64,000 nucleotides of DNA from Thermoanaerobaculia bacterium. GTDB taxonomy: Bacteria; Acidobacteriota; Thermoanaerobaculia; Multivoradales; UBA5704. Numbering within the stretch: the stretch's first letter is position 1; each line of letters opens with the position of its first letter. The translations under genes and the position numbers were made by a program. This document shows positions 11,842 through 21,374 of the stretch, piece by piece. The stretch is from assembly GCA_036264355.1 (NCBI GenBank), contig DATARD010000190.1, positions 16,678-80,677 of the forward strand, given 5' to 3'. Under the pieces are notes generated by a model. The model made no database searches, was not told the DNA's origin, and worked only from the letters and a program-made list of their open reading frames with translations.

Positions 11842-12066
11842 CTACGACTTCTTGGTCTCAAAGCCGAGAGCGGCGAGATCTCTGCGTGCGGCAGCGAGGT
11901 CTTTCTTCCTGATTCCAAGGGCTTTGCGAATTTCTGAGGCACTGGAGCCCTGGGTTACGTGGCGCCGGGGCCGGCGCGCTCTGGCGACAGAATGTGCCGC
12001 CTTCAGCTTCGTCTCCTTGGCGACGGCTGACACGCGACCTGAGCGGGCTTCCACGGCAGTATCCAT
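11842..12066 (-). CDS. Small basic hypothetical protein (74 aa)
   Basis: TG-T-TATTCT lies 7 nt upstream of the ATG; 10-bp gap to the next gene suggests an operon. Confidence 0.55.
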   Translation of the reverse strand: MDTAVEARSGRVSAVAKETKLKAAHSVARARRPRRHVTQGSSASEIRKALGIRKKDLAAARRDLAALGFETKKS

Positions 12067-12129
12067 GCTCGGAAGAATAACAGGCTGAGGGTTCTGTGAT
12101 CAAGCGACGGATCGGGTGCCGACCGCGTT

Positions 12130-12969
12130 TCAGTCCCCGTGCCTGGAGTCTCGGCCCCTCTTCCCGCCTCTTTTTTCCCGCAGGTAGGCCGCAATCTCCG
12201 GGCGCTGGAGGTGCTCGGCCCAGTCGAGCGCGGTTCCCTGGTGGATGCGGTCTCTCGCGCCGAGATCGGCTCCGGCGTCCACAAGCACCTGGACGGCTTC
12301 GAGGGAGCCGGAATCCACGGCGTGGTGCAGGGCCGTTGCGTGGGGATGAAATCCGGGAGGGTTGTAGCCGTTCAGATCGATGCCGGGAGCGATCAGCAGG
12401 GCGAGGGCGCCGCCCTTGCCGTAGAGGGCGGCGCCGGCCAGCGCGGCCTGCCTGTCTTCGGGGCTTGCCGTTTTCACCAGACGCGCCAGGTCGTCCGTTC
12501 GTCCTGTACAGACCGCGGCCAGCAAGGTCAGTGTGGCGCCGCGACGGAGAAGCTGCTCGGCCGCGGCGAGCTCGCGGTGAGCGAGCGCCGGCACGAGGGC
12601 GCCGTCGAGACCGGCCCCGGCGTCGCCGAGCACGTCGATCAGGTCGCGCTGGACGCCGCTCTCCCGCGCGACGCGGCCGGAGCACACCAGGGCGAGCGCG
12701 TAGTCGATCTGCTCTTGCCGGGTGTCGGCCGCGGAGCGTTCCACCGCCTTGAGGATCGCGCGGGTCACCTCCCCGATGTTCCTGGGCAAGGTGCCGTTGC
12801 GGATCGGATTCTCCGCCACGAACCAGAGCAGGTACGGCCGGTGGAAGTACCCCTCGCCGAAGTCGACACGATCGCGGACCAGCTCCGGGTGTGATTCCAG
12901 GAGGCGCTCCAGCGCGCTCACGTCTCCAGCGTCGAGAGCGGAGATGGCATCCTGGAGCAGCGGGTCCAT
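12130..12969 (-). CDS. Ankyrin repeat protein
   Basis: 'HATALHHAVDSGSLEAVQVLVDAGADLGARD..GTALDWA' ankyrin repeats. The start is likely MDPLLQ at 12969. Confidence 0.85.
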   Translation of the reverse strand: MDPLLQDAISALDAGDVSALERLLESHPELVRDRVDFGEGYFHRPYLLWFVAENPIRNGTLPRNIGEVTRAILKAVERSAADTRQEQIDYALALVCSGRVARESGVQRDLIDVLGDAGAGLDGALVPALAHRELAAAEQLLRRGATLTLLAAVCTGRTDDLARLVKTASPEDRQAALAGAALYGKGGALALLIAPGIDLNGYNPPGFHPHATALHHAVDSGSLEAVQVLVDAGADLGARDRIHQGTALDWAEHLQRPEIAAYLREKRGGKRGRDSRHGD

Positions 12970-13180
12970 GAGGAGAGCAAGCTTAGCGCAATCAAGAGAG
13001 GGAACCAGTCCCTGCGGCGTGTTAGCATCCACGTACTCAAACGCGGGCGCGGGAAATCCGGGCCATGCGTGGCGGTAGAGTCACCATTGCTCCCCGTCGC
13101 GGCACTCTTCTCTCAGAGCTTGCGGGGGGTGCATTGCTCAGTGAACGTGCTTCCTCTAGGATGGTCTCGTCACTCAAGCC

Positions 13181-14353
13181 ATGAAAAAGCCTCTCTCGGA
13201 AGCCGCAGACGCGCTGCGGCAGGCATTGGCGGACGCGGTCCGCGGTCTGGTGGAACGCGAGGCTCTCGCCCAGATGGTCACGCTGGCGGGTGTCGCCGAG
13301 GAGCATGTGCTCGTCATCGGCCCTCCCGGCACGGCCAAGAGCGAAGCGGTGCGCCGCATCGCCGGCGCGGTGCACGCGCGCTATTTCGAATACCTGCTCG
13401 GCCGGTTCACGGAGCCGAGCGAGATCTTCGGCCCGATCGATCTGCGCCGCCTCCGCGAGGGCGTGGTGGAGACCGAGACGGCCGGGATGCTGCCCGAGGC
13501 CCAGTTCGCTTTCCTCGACGAGGTGTTCCGGGCTTCGACGGCGATCCTCAACACTCTGCTCGGCATTCTCAACGAGCGCGTCTTCCGGCGCGGCCACAGC
13601 ATCATCCACTGCCCGCTGCGGGTCTGCGTCGGCGCCGCGAACGCGTTGCCGGAGGACGACTCGCTGGCGGCGTTCGCCGACCGCTTCCTGGTGCGCATCT
13701 TTGTCGATCCGGTGCCGGACCCGCGGCTGGAAGAGCTGCTGGAGGGTGGCTGGAATCTTGCGCGCCTCGACCTCCGCGCGGCGGCGAGCGTCGCCGATCT
13801 GGCGGATGTGGAGATCGTCTCCGCCGCGGCGCGGGACGCCGACCTGTCGTGGGTGCGCCCGCATCTGGCGCACGCCATCCGCCTGCTGCGCGGCGCCGGT
13901 ATCGTGCTCTCCGACCGCCGGGCGGTGAAGTCGCAGCGCCTGGTGGCCGCCGCCGCCGCGCTCGCCGGGCGCACCAGGCCGACCGACGCCGACCTGTGGC
14001 CGCTGGTGCTGGTCGTTCCCACCCGCGAGCAGCAGTCGCTCGCCCGCGAGTGCCTGGGGGACGTGCTGGCGCTGAGCGAGAACGCGACGCTGCCGGCGGC
14101 GGCCGAGGAAGCTTCGCTCGGGCCGCTCGCCCGCGCTTCACGCATCGCCGACGCCGGCCGCGAGGCGTTGCGCGTGCGGCCGGCGGCCGGCGAGGAGCTC
14201 GAAAGCTGGTGTCTGCGTCTGGAAGGAATCGCCCGCGAGATCGATGCCGGCTTCGCCCCCGAGGCGTTGCCGGTGGATCTCGCGGAGGTACGGGCTGGCA
14301 TTGTGGCAGCGCTCCGCGAGGTGTCGTCCCGGGAGCTGTCGGCAACGCATTGA
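13181..14353 (+). CDS. MoxR/RavA-family AAA+ ATPase
   Basis: Walker A 'GPPGTAKS', Walker B 'FLDEVFR', 'AILNTLL.ILNER', 'GAAN.LP', 'DRF', 'LSDRR'. Confidence 0.92.
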   Translation: MKKPLSEAADALRQALADAVRGLVEREALAQMVTLAGVAEEHVLVIGPPGTAKSEAVRRIAGAVHARYFEYLLGRFTEPSEIFGPIDLRRLREGVVETETAGMLPEAQFAFLDEVFRASTAILNTLLGILNERVFRRGHSIIHCPLRVCVGAANALPEDDSLAAFADRFLVRIFVDPVPDPRLEELLEGGWNLARLDLRAAASVADLADVEIVSAAARDADLSWVRPHLAHAIRLLRGAGIVLSDRRAVKSQRLVAAAAALAGRTRPTDADLWPLVLVVPTREQQSLARECLGDVLALSENATLPAAAEEASLGPLARASRIADAGREALRVRPAAGEELESWCLRLEGIAREIDAGFAPEALPVDLAEVRAGIVAALREVSSRELSATH

Positions 14354-14368
14354 TTTGGTGGTTTTTGT

Positions 14369-14851
14369 ATGAAGGATGATTTGATCGCCTTGACGTGGCG
14401 TCCACGGACGACACCGCTCGACCCGCTTGGCATGGCAGTGCGCGGGGATGCGGTTCGTGCGCTCGCCCAGCGCCTCCTGGCGCGCGACGACGAAGCCCTC
14501 GCCCGGTTGAGCGGCGTTGCGTCACCCGGACTTCTGGTGGTCCTCGGCGAGGCCGCCGACCTCCCCTGGGTCGACGGCGCGGTGTATCTCGGCCGCGACG
14601 CCGACGCTCCGTCGCTCTTCCTGCCCACCAGCCGTGAGCCCACGGCGCCGCTGCCGCTGGTCGAGCGCGCCCTGCTCGCCCGGGCGCGCACCTCCGGCAC
14701 GTCGCCGCCCTATGCCGTGCTGGTCGATCCACCGCTCCTCGCCTCGACCCAGGCGGCACGGCCGATCGTGCGGACGGTGTTGCAGGCCTGGCTCGCGCAG
14801 CCCGCGACGAAACCCGCGACGAAGCCGGTGCCGCGCGGAGGATCCTGCTGA
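14369..14851 (+). CDS. bpX5-like protein of a MoxR-vWA-beta-propeller ternary system
   Basis: 'WRPRTTPL.P...RGDAVRALAQRLL...LPWVDGAVYLGRD..APSLFLPT' resembles the recalled bpX5 consensus; lies directly after moxR. Confidence 0.7.
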   Translation: MKDDLIALTWRPRTTPLDPLGMAVRGDAVRALAQRLLARDDEALARLSGVASPGLLVVLGEAADLPWVDGAVYLGRDADAPSLFLPTSREPTAPLPLVERALLARARTSGTSPPYAVLVDPPLLASTQAARPIVRTVLQAWLAQPATKPATKPVPRGGSC

Positions 14852-16854
14852 TGGATCTCCCCCGGCCGCTCGCCCCCTGGGGTCCCTACCTCTCCATCTT
14901 CCCGCGCGATCTCGCCCTGTCGCTCGGTCCGGTCCTGCAGCGTCTCTCCTCGGCGCTCGGCCCGCTCAAGGTGCGGCGCAGCAGCGGCGAAGGCGAGGCC
15001 GACGGTTTCGACGGGCTCAGCCGGCGCGGCCCCTATGAACGCCTGCTGGCCAGCGAGTGGCTGCTGGCCGACGAGGAGCCGGACGAATTCCTCCGCCGGG
15101 CGGTGATGGGCGAGCACATCTTCCTGCGCATCAACTCGCCGGAGCCGGGCGGCTCGCGGGTGTCGGTGGCGATCTTCGACGCCGGTCCGGGCCAGCTCGG
15201 CTCACCGCGCATCGCGCAGCTCGCCGCGCTGATCGTGCTCGCCCGGCGGGCCGAGGCGGCGGGCGTCCGCTTCGCCTGGGGCATCCTGCAAGATCCCGAG
15301 GCGCCGCTGTTCTACGACGTCACGGAGCCCGCCATCCTCCGCCTGTTGCAGGCGCGCACGCCGCACGAGGCGACGGACGCGCAGGTGGCCGCCTGGCGGG
15401 CCCGGATGCACGGCTGGAAGGAGCTGGACGATCTTTGGATCGTCGGACCGCCGCGCCTGAGCTCAATGTCCACCACGCGCGGCGCCTCCGTCCTCCAGGT
15501 TTGGGACATCCTCGACCCGGAGGTCCGCCGGGTGGCGGTCAAAGTGCGGCGCGGGCAGGACGGGCCGCTCAACGAGGTCGCCCTGGAGCTGCCCGCCGAC
15601 GCGGCCTGCGTGCGCCTGCTGCGCGATCCGTTCGCCGCCGCCGCCGCGCCGCCGCGCCGCCTGGAGCGCCGGCTAATCCCGGCCTCGAACCTGGTCTTTG
15701 CCGCCAACGGCTCGAAGCTCTTCGCCCGGGCGTCCGGCGGCGGCATCGTCGCCATCTCCATCCCCAATTCGCCGCGCGGCGAGGTCGGTGCGCCGCGGCT
15801 GTACGATCCGCGGCCGGGAGAGCCGCCGGTCGCCGTCGGGCTCACCGGCAAACAGGTGGTGGTCGCCACCTCGCGCCACGGCGTGCTGACACCGTGGGTC
15901 TACCTGAAGCGCGGCGCCGGCTTCCCCAGCGGCGCCTACACGGGCACCGCGGACGAGGAGACGACGCGGCCGTGGATGCGCTTTCAGCCGTTCCAGGACG
16001 CCGAGGCCGGCGACGTCTCGCCGGTGCTCCAGCCGTTCCTGACCCTCGGCGGCACCGACTTCGCGGTCGACGCGGCAGGCGGGCTCTTCCGCCTGCTGGA
16101 GGGTATTTCGAAAGCCGCGCCGTTGTTACCTCACCCCCCTGGCCCCCCTCTCCCATCGCCCTCCCACCCACCGGGAGAGGGGGGAAGGGAGAGCCAGACA
16201 GTGCTGCGTTCGTTTGGTGGCGGCGCCCCTCTCCCGGCGGCAGGGGGGGCGATGGGAGAGGGGACGGGGGTGAGGTCTTCGGGCGGCGAATCCCGAGACA
16301 CCCATTCCCTCGAGCGGCTCGCCGAGCGGATCACCGCCGTCGCCGCCGTCGCCGGACAGCTCGTCTTCGTGGAGCCGGCCGGCGAGCACGGCCCCGCCCG
16401 CATCGCCACGGTCGCCGGCAACGGCCGGCCGGTGACCTCCGTCGAGCTGGACAGTCCCGCGGAGAACGCTTTCTTCGGCTTTGGCGGCAAACTCGCTCAC
16501 CGCGACCACGGCCTCGCCGCCGTGGAGCACCTCGACGGATCGTGGGAGATCCTGAGCGCCCGCGGCCGCTCGTTCCTCACTCCCTTTGCCGGCAACCAGG
16601 TCAAGGGGATCGTGCGCGATACGCAACGCGGCGAGCCCGGCCTGCTCTTCGTCGACGAGGACCGCCGCACGCTCGTCGTCGCCGGCCTGAGCTGGACGCG
16701 CCGGCTCGCCCCGGCCGCCGCCGAGATCGTCCACGCCGCGGCGAGCGCCAGCCGCCCCCATGTGGCCTATGTCACCACCTCCGGCGAGGTCGTGGTGCTC
16801 TCCCTCGACCACGACGCGCCGCTCGTGCGGCTCATCCCGGAGGGCGGCCTGTGA
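14851..16854 (+). CDS. Divergent vWA-like component of the ternary system, with a C-terminal beta-rich region
   Basis: TGATG coupling to bpX5. 'DGFDGL.RRG.YERLL.SEW' and 'AIFDAGP.QLG.PRIAQLAALIVL' (degenerate vWA strand 1). Confidence 0.7.
   Translation: MDLPRPLAPWGPYLSIFPRDLALSLGPVLQRLSSALGPLKVRRSSGEGEADGFDGLSRRGPYERLLASEWLLADEEPDEFLRRAVMGEHIFLRINSPEPGGSRVSVAIFDAGPGQLGSPRIAQLAALIVLARRAEAAGVRFAWGILQDPEAPLFYDVTEPAILRLLQARTPHEATDAQVAAWRARMHGWKELDDLWIVGPPRLSSMSTTRGASVLQVWDILDPEVRRVAVKVRRGQDGPLNEVALELPADAACVRLLRDPFAAAAAPPRRLERRLIPASNLVFAANGSKLFARASGGGIVAISIPNSPRGEVGAPRLYDPRPGEPPVAVGLTGKQVVVATSRHGVLTPWVYLKRGAGFPSGAYTGTADEETTRPWMRFQPFQDAEAGDVSPVLQPFLTLGGTDFAVDAAGGLFRLLEGISKAAPLLPHPPGPPLPSPSHPPGEGGRESQTVLRSFGGGAPLPAAGGAMGEGTGVRSSGGESRDTHSLERLAERITAVAAVAGQLVFVEPAGEHGPARIATVAGNGRPVTSVELDSPAENAFFGFGGKLAHRDHGLAAVEHLDGSWEILSARGRSFLTPFAGNQVKGIVRDTQRGEPGLLFVDEDRRTLVVAGLSWTRRLAPAAAEIVHAAASASRPHVAYVTTSGEVVVLSLDHDAPLVRLIPEGGL
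16128..16276. repeat. MITE/REP-like palindromic element (~35-bp imperfect terminal inverted repeats) inside the vWA-like CDS
   Basis: Left arm ACCTCACCCCCCTGGCCCCCCTCTCCCATCGCCC; right arm GGGCGATGGGAGAGGGGACGGGGGTGAGGT; internal CCCCTCTCCC/GGGAGAGGGG sub-hairpins. Confidence 0.8.
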
Positions 16855-19610
16855 GAGTCGTCCGCCCGCGCGCGCTGACCCATCGCGGCGTCGTGGAGGC
16901 GTCGGCCTTCTTCGTCGACGCCGCCCTCGCCGGTCCGCTCGAAGCGCGCCGCCGCATCCTCGCGCTGTGGGTGCCGGGAGCCACGGTCTACCGCGATCCG
17001 CGGGGCTGGCTGATCCGTCTCCCGGGTCCGAGGCGGGTGCGCTGCGACCAGTCCCCCGGCTTGCCGCTGACCGCCGAGAAGGTGGTCGGCGGGCGCGCGC
17101 TGGTGAGCGCGCCGTTCGCCGCCGACGAGCTGCGGGCGCTCGATCCGCCCGAAGGCTCCACCGTCCACCTGCACGCCGGGGTCACCCGCATCGAACGTCC
17201 GCTGGAGGCGGACCGCATCGATCCCGCCGCCTGGCTCGACGTGAGCGGCTTCCAGGTGGCGGACACGGCCACCCTCGGGCCGCCGCCGGTCGAGCCCGAG
17301 GCGCATCCGCCGGGGCGGGTGGCGTTCGATCCGCGCACCCGTCTCAAAGGGGTGCCGCCGGCTTCGCCGGAGCTCGCGGAGCTGCTCGCCGCGCTGCGTT
17401 CGCGCGATCAAAAATCGGCGAAGGCCAAGGCGCGCTCACCGCTGCGCGCGGTCCCTTCGCGGCTGGCGAACTGGCTGCACAGCCTGCGCTGGAGCGTGCG
17501 CGCCTTCAAACGGCAGATCACCGCCGTGCCCGCCCTGCCGCCGCTCCCCGGCCTCGCCGGCGCGCCCGCGGGCTTCCCCGGCCAGCGCCTTTCGGCGGCC
17601 TTCCAGCAGCTCTCGGCCCGGGTGGCGACCGCTTCACGCCTCTCTCGCGTGATGGGCCGCCGCCACGCCGCCTACATCCACCGCATGGTCGAGATGTTCG
17701 AGCACGGCGACATCCGGGAAGCCTTGCGCTATGCGATTCCGCTGGGCGGCCTGGAGGCCGAAGCGCTGCGCGGTGTTCCACTCCGCCTGCCGGGACCGCG
17801 CGCCGATCTGGCGATCCAGCCCGCGGCGCGCGCGTCCTGGTCGATCAACCAGGTGGCGCCCGACCTCTACGGCGAGCTGCAACGCCTCTACCGCACGGCG
17901 TTCGAACGGCTGGAGGCGCAGGGGAACATCGAAGAGGCGGCCTTCATGCTCGCCGAGGTGCTGCACGCGCACGAGGAGGCGGTGGCTTTTCTGGAACGCC
18001 ACGGACGGCTGCGCCTCGCCGCCGAGATGGCGGAGGCGCGCAATCTGCCGCCGGGCCTCGTGGTGCGGCAGTGGTTCCTCACCGGCGACCGCGAGCGCGC
18101 CCTGTGGATCGCCCGCCGCACCGGCGCCTTCGCCGACGCCGTCACCCGCCTCGAACGCAGCCGCAAGAAGGACGAAGCGCACTCCCTGCGCCTGCTGTGG
18201 GGCGGCGAGCTGGCCGAGGCCGGGGACTACGTGGCCGCGGTGGAGGCGGTCTGGCCGGTGCTCGACGCCCGGCGGACGGCGGCGTCCTGGATGGACCGCG
18301 CGATCGCCCAGGGGGATGCCCCGGCCGGCCGCATGATCGCCCGCAAGCTGACCCTCGTGCCGGAGGAGTTCGAGGAGACCCGCGACCAGGCGATCAACCT
18401 GTTGGAGAGCTGGCGCGCCGAGGGAGCGGCGGCGCGCCTCGCCTTTGCCGACACCCTGCGCCAGGGGCCGCGGACGCCGCAGGCGATGTGCCTGGCGCGG
18501 GCGGCGGTGCGCACCATCGCCCGCGACTCGGGCCGCTTCGGCGCCCGCATGTCGCCGGCGCAGTTTCGCCAGCTCGTCTCCTTCGCCGACGACGGCGCTC
18601 TGCGCGCCGACGCGCCGGCCCTGCCGCTCGACAATCGCGAGCCGTGGATCTCCCGCACGGCGCCGTGGCGCATCGAGATCGGCGCCTCGGACATCGGCAT
18701 CATGTCCGCCCTCGACGCCGCCTTCCTGCCCAACGGCCTCACCCTGGTCGCCCTCGGCGAAGCCGGGGTGCGCCTGCTCTCTCGCGCCGGCCGCACGGTG
18801 GCCGAGTTCGACCAGCCGGCGCACCGCCTGGTGCTCTCCGACAACGGCCACCGCGCCCTCGCGCTCGCCCGCCGCGGCGACTCCTGGCGGGTCGCCCGCA
18901 TCGACCTCGGCACGCGCCGCGCCCAGCTCTGGTGCGACGCCCGCCTCGACGCCTTCGCCGACGACCACGACGGCGTGCTCTGGTTCGTGGCCGCCGGCAA
19001 CGGCCTGGTGGCGATCGACGTGACCGGCGACCGTTTCGACGGTCCGTGGGGGGTCTCCGACCTCGGCCGACGGGTGCGCACCATCGTCCGCTCACCGGCG
19101 CGCTGCTCGCTGGTCACCGGCGAGCCCGGAGCCGAGGTGTGGAGCTACGAGCTCCCCTCGCTCTTCCTGCGCAGCCGCCTCGAAGCCTCCGCCGCGGACG
19201 ACGCCGCCGCGCCGGCCGACCGCGCGCTGGGAACCGCGCCCGACGGCACCCTCGCCGAGCAGTGGACCGCCGCGCCGGAGAGGGCCGAGTCGGGAGAGGA
19301 GACCCCCTTCCACGTCGCTCTCCACGGCCGCCTCAACGTCCAGCTCCGCCTGCCGGGCAGCGGCTGGGCGGCCGGCCAGCCGGTGGTCTCCGCGGACTGG
19401 CTCGCGGCCCCGGTCTATTGCACCGACGAGAGTCGCGTCTACCTCTTCCACGCCGAGACCGGGCGCCTCCGCGCCGAGGTGCTCCTCGCCCGCGCCGGCC
19501 GCCTCTCGCTGCGGCTGACGCCCTCGTATCTGACGATCGCGGATGACCGCGGGCGGGTGCTGGTGCTGGATCTGGAGTACGGGCAGATCCGGCGGGATCT
19601 GCGGTTATAG
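16851..19610 (+). CDS. bpX6-domain protein with TPR-like middle and C-terminal beta-propeller (ternary system)
   Basis: GTG start overlaps the vWA stop, with GGAGGG RBS. N-terminus 'RPRALTHRGVVEA...EARRRILALW.PGA.VY' is bpX6-like; helical repeats are followed by beta-rich repeats. Confidence 0.75.
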   Translation: MRVVRPRALTHRGVVEASAFFVDAALAGPLEARRRILALWVPGATVYRDPRGWLIRLPGPRRVRCDQSPGLPLTAEKVVGGRALVSAPFAADELRALDPPEGSTVHLHAGVTRIERPLEADRIDPAAWLDVSGFQVADTATLGPPPVEPEAHPPGRVAFDPRTRLKGVPPASPELAELLAALRSRDQKSAKAKARSPLRAVPSRLANWLHSLRWSVRAFKRQITAVPALPPLPGLAGAPAGFPGQRLSAAFQQLSARVATASRLSRVMGRRHAAYIHRMVEMFEHGDIREALRYAIPLGGLEAEALRGVPLRLPGPRADLAIQPAARASWSINQVAPDLYGELQRLYRTAFERLEAQGNIEEAAFMLAEVLHAHEEAVAFLERHGRLRLAAEMAEARNLPPGLVVRQWFLTGDRERALWIARRTGAFADAVTRLERSRKKDEAHSLRLLWGGELAEAGDYVAAVEAVWPVLDARRTAASWMDRAIAQGDAPAGRMIARKLTLVPEEFEETRDQAINLLESWRAEGAAARLAFADTLRQGPRTPQAMCLARAAVRTIARDSGRFGARMSPAQFRQLVSFADDGALRADAPALPLDNREPWISRTAPWRIEIGASDIGIMSALDAAFLPNGLTLVALGEAGVRLLSRAGRTVAEFDQPAHRLVLSDNGHRALALARRGDSWRVARIDLGTRRAQLWCDARLDAFADDHDGVLWFVAAGNGLVAIDVTGDRFDGPWGVSDLGRRVRTIVRSPARCSLVTGEPGAEVWSYELPSLFLRSRLEASAADDAAAPADRALGTAPDGTLAEQWTAAPERAESGEETPFHVALHGRLNVQLRLPGSGWAAGQPVVSADWLAAPVYCTDESRVYLFHAETGRLRAEVLLARAGRLSLRLTPSYLTIADDRGRVLVLDLEYGQIRRDLRL

Positions 19611-19615
19611 GGGGT

Positions 19616-19743
19616 AAAGGACAAAGGACCAAAAAGACTGCAAGGACATAAAGGACAGTAAAAACAAACTGCAGACCGCGATCACGGCTTCCAGCTCTTA
19701 AAGTCCTTTGGGTCCTTGAGGTCGTTTATGTCCTTTTGTCCCG
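19616..19743. repeat. Imperfect palindrome built of ~9-nt AAGGACnnn units (left arm) and GTCCTTnnn units (right arm)
   Basis: AAGGAC/AAAGAC at ~19617, 19624, 19633, 19642, 19651; GTCCTT-like at ~19703, 19712, 19721, 19730, 19738. Confidence 0.75.
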
Positions 19744-20066
19744 TCAAAGTCGTGGGCCGCCCGGGAGAGGGGGGTTCTCGCTGGGACCGCTAGCTTCCAG
19801 CCGGCCGGGTCGGCAGAGCCGACCCAAGCCGCCAAGATGGCGCTCCCAGCAGGGCAGATCCGGCCGGTAGTTCAATCTGCCCCAGGGCAAGTTCAATCCG
19901 CCCCATCGCCGGGCCATCAGCCAAGCAGGGTTCGCTCTCAGGATGACAGGGCGTCGGCAGTTTCCTGGAAGACGAGGTTTTTTGCCCGTACCGATGAGGG
20001 TTTCCCCTCATGGCCGGCAGGACCGAGGTCGCGCATGATCATACTCCTTGGAGAAAAGGAGGCATC

Positions 20067-21374
20067 GTGCACGCATCGAGATCCCTGACGGCCGTCCCCC
20101 TGATCGCCCTGATTGCTGCGTTCCTCCCTCTGGCGTCCGCCGCCGGCGCCGGAGCGCCGACCTATGCTCTCTATCCGGTCCCGGCTCCGCTCGGCCAGAG
20201 CGCCGGTGAGCCGAGCCTGGGGGCCAACTGGAAGACGGGCAATGTGCTGTTCATCGCGGGGCTCGAAACGTTGAGCGTGAGCTTTGACGACTCGGCCACG
20301 CCGGCCGCGGCGAGCTGGCAAGGCGTGACGTCGTTGACCGAGGGCATCACCACGCTCGATCCGATCCTGTTCACCGATTCGGAGACCGGGCGGACCTTCG
20401 TGGCGCAACTCGCCGGGCCGGCGAGCCTCATGTCGTATACGGACGACGACGGGGCGAGCTGGCTGCCGTCCACGTCCGGCCTCGCCACCGGCATCGACCA
20501 CCAGACGGTGGGCGGCGGCCCGCTGGCCCCTCCGCTCCCCGGTCTCGGCTATTCGCATGGCGTCTACTACTGCTCGCAAGGGTTGGCGCTCGCCTCGTGC
20601 GCGCTCAGCCTCGACGGCGGCCTCACGTTCAACCCGCCGGTCCCGCTCTACACGCTGCTCCAATGCGGCGGCCTCCACGGCCATGTCAAGGTCGCTCCGG
20701 ACGGCACCGCCTATGTCCCCAACAAGAGCTGCGGCAGCCAGCAGGCGGTGGCCGTCTCCACCAACAACGGCCTGACCTGGACGGTGCGCAAGGTGCCCGG
20801 CAGCTCGACGAGCAGCAGCGATCCGTCGGTGGGGACCGCGACCGACGGCACGCTCTACTTCGGATTCGTCGGCACCGATGGGCATCCGCGGGCAGCCGTC
20901 TCGCACGACCGCGGAGCCACGTGGAGCACGCTGAAGGACGTGGGAGCGCCGTTCGGGATCCAGAACGCCGCCTTCCCGGCCGTGGTGGCCGGCGATCCCG
21001 ACCGCGCGGCCTTCGCCTTCCTCGGCACGCCGGCCGGCGGCAACGGCACGGGCACCGATCCGAATTTCTCCGGCGCCTGGCACCTCTACGTCGCCACCAC
21101 CTTCGACGGCGGAGCGACCTGGACGACCGTCGACGCGACGCCCGGCGATCCGGTCCAGCGCGGCTCGGTCTGCCTCCAGGGGACGGGGTGCAGCACGGCG
21201 CGCAACCTGCTCGACTTCATCGACGTGACGGTCGACGAACGGGGGCGGGTGCTGGTGGCGTTCGCGGACGGCTGCGTGGGGGCCTGCGTCTCCGGACCGC
21301 CGAACAGCGGCACGGCGGTCGGCACGATCGCGCGCCAGAGCGGCGGGACGGGGCTCTTCGCAGCCTACGACTAG
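20067..21374 (+). CDS. Secreted BNR/Asp-box (sialidase-like) beta-propeller protein
   Basis: RBS AAGGAGG before GTG; signal peptide; Asp boxes TDDDGASW, SLDGGLTF, STNNGLTW, SHDRGATW, TFDGGATW. Confidence 0.8.
   Translation: MHASRSLTAVPLIALIAAFLPLASAAGAGAPTYALYPVPAPLGQSAGEPSLGANWKTGNVLFIAGLETLSVSFDDSATPAAASWQGVTSLTEGITTLDPILFTDSETGRTFVAQLAGPASLMSYTDDDGASWLPSTSGLATGIDHQTVGGGPLAPPLPGLGYSHGVYYCSQGLALASCALSLDGGLTFNPPVPLYTLLQCGGLHGHVKVAPDGTAYVPNKSCGSQQAVAVSTNNGLTWTVRKVPGSSTSSSDPSVGTATDGTLYFGFVGTDGHPRAAVSHDRGATWSTLKDVGAPFGIQNAAFPAVVAGDPDRAAFAFLGTPAGGNGTGTDPNFSGAWHLYVATTFDGGATWTTVDATPGDPVQRGSVCLQGTGCSTARNLLDFIDVTVDERGRVLVAFADGCVGACVSGPPNSGTAVGTIARQSGGTGLFAAYD

Noticed and set aside
15057-16850. Apparent 1517-aa ORF extending the bpX6 gene upstream
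   Set aside because: The first ~600 aa overlap the vWA gene out of frame and are R/G/A/P-rich shadow sequence. A GTG with RBS at 16851 is coupled to the vWA stop.
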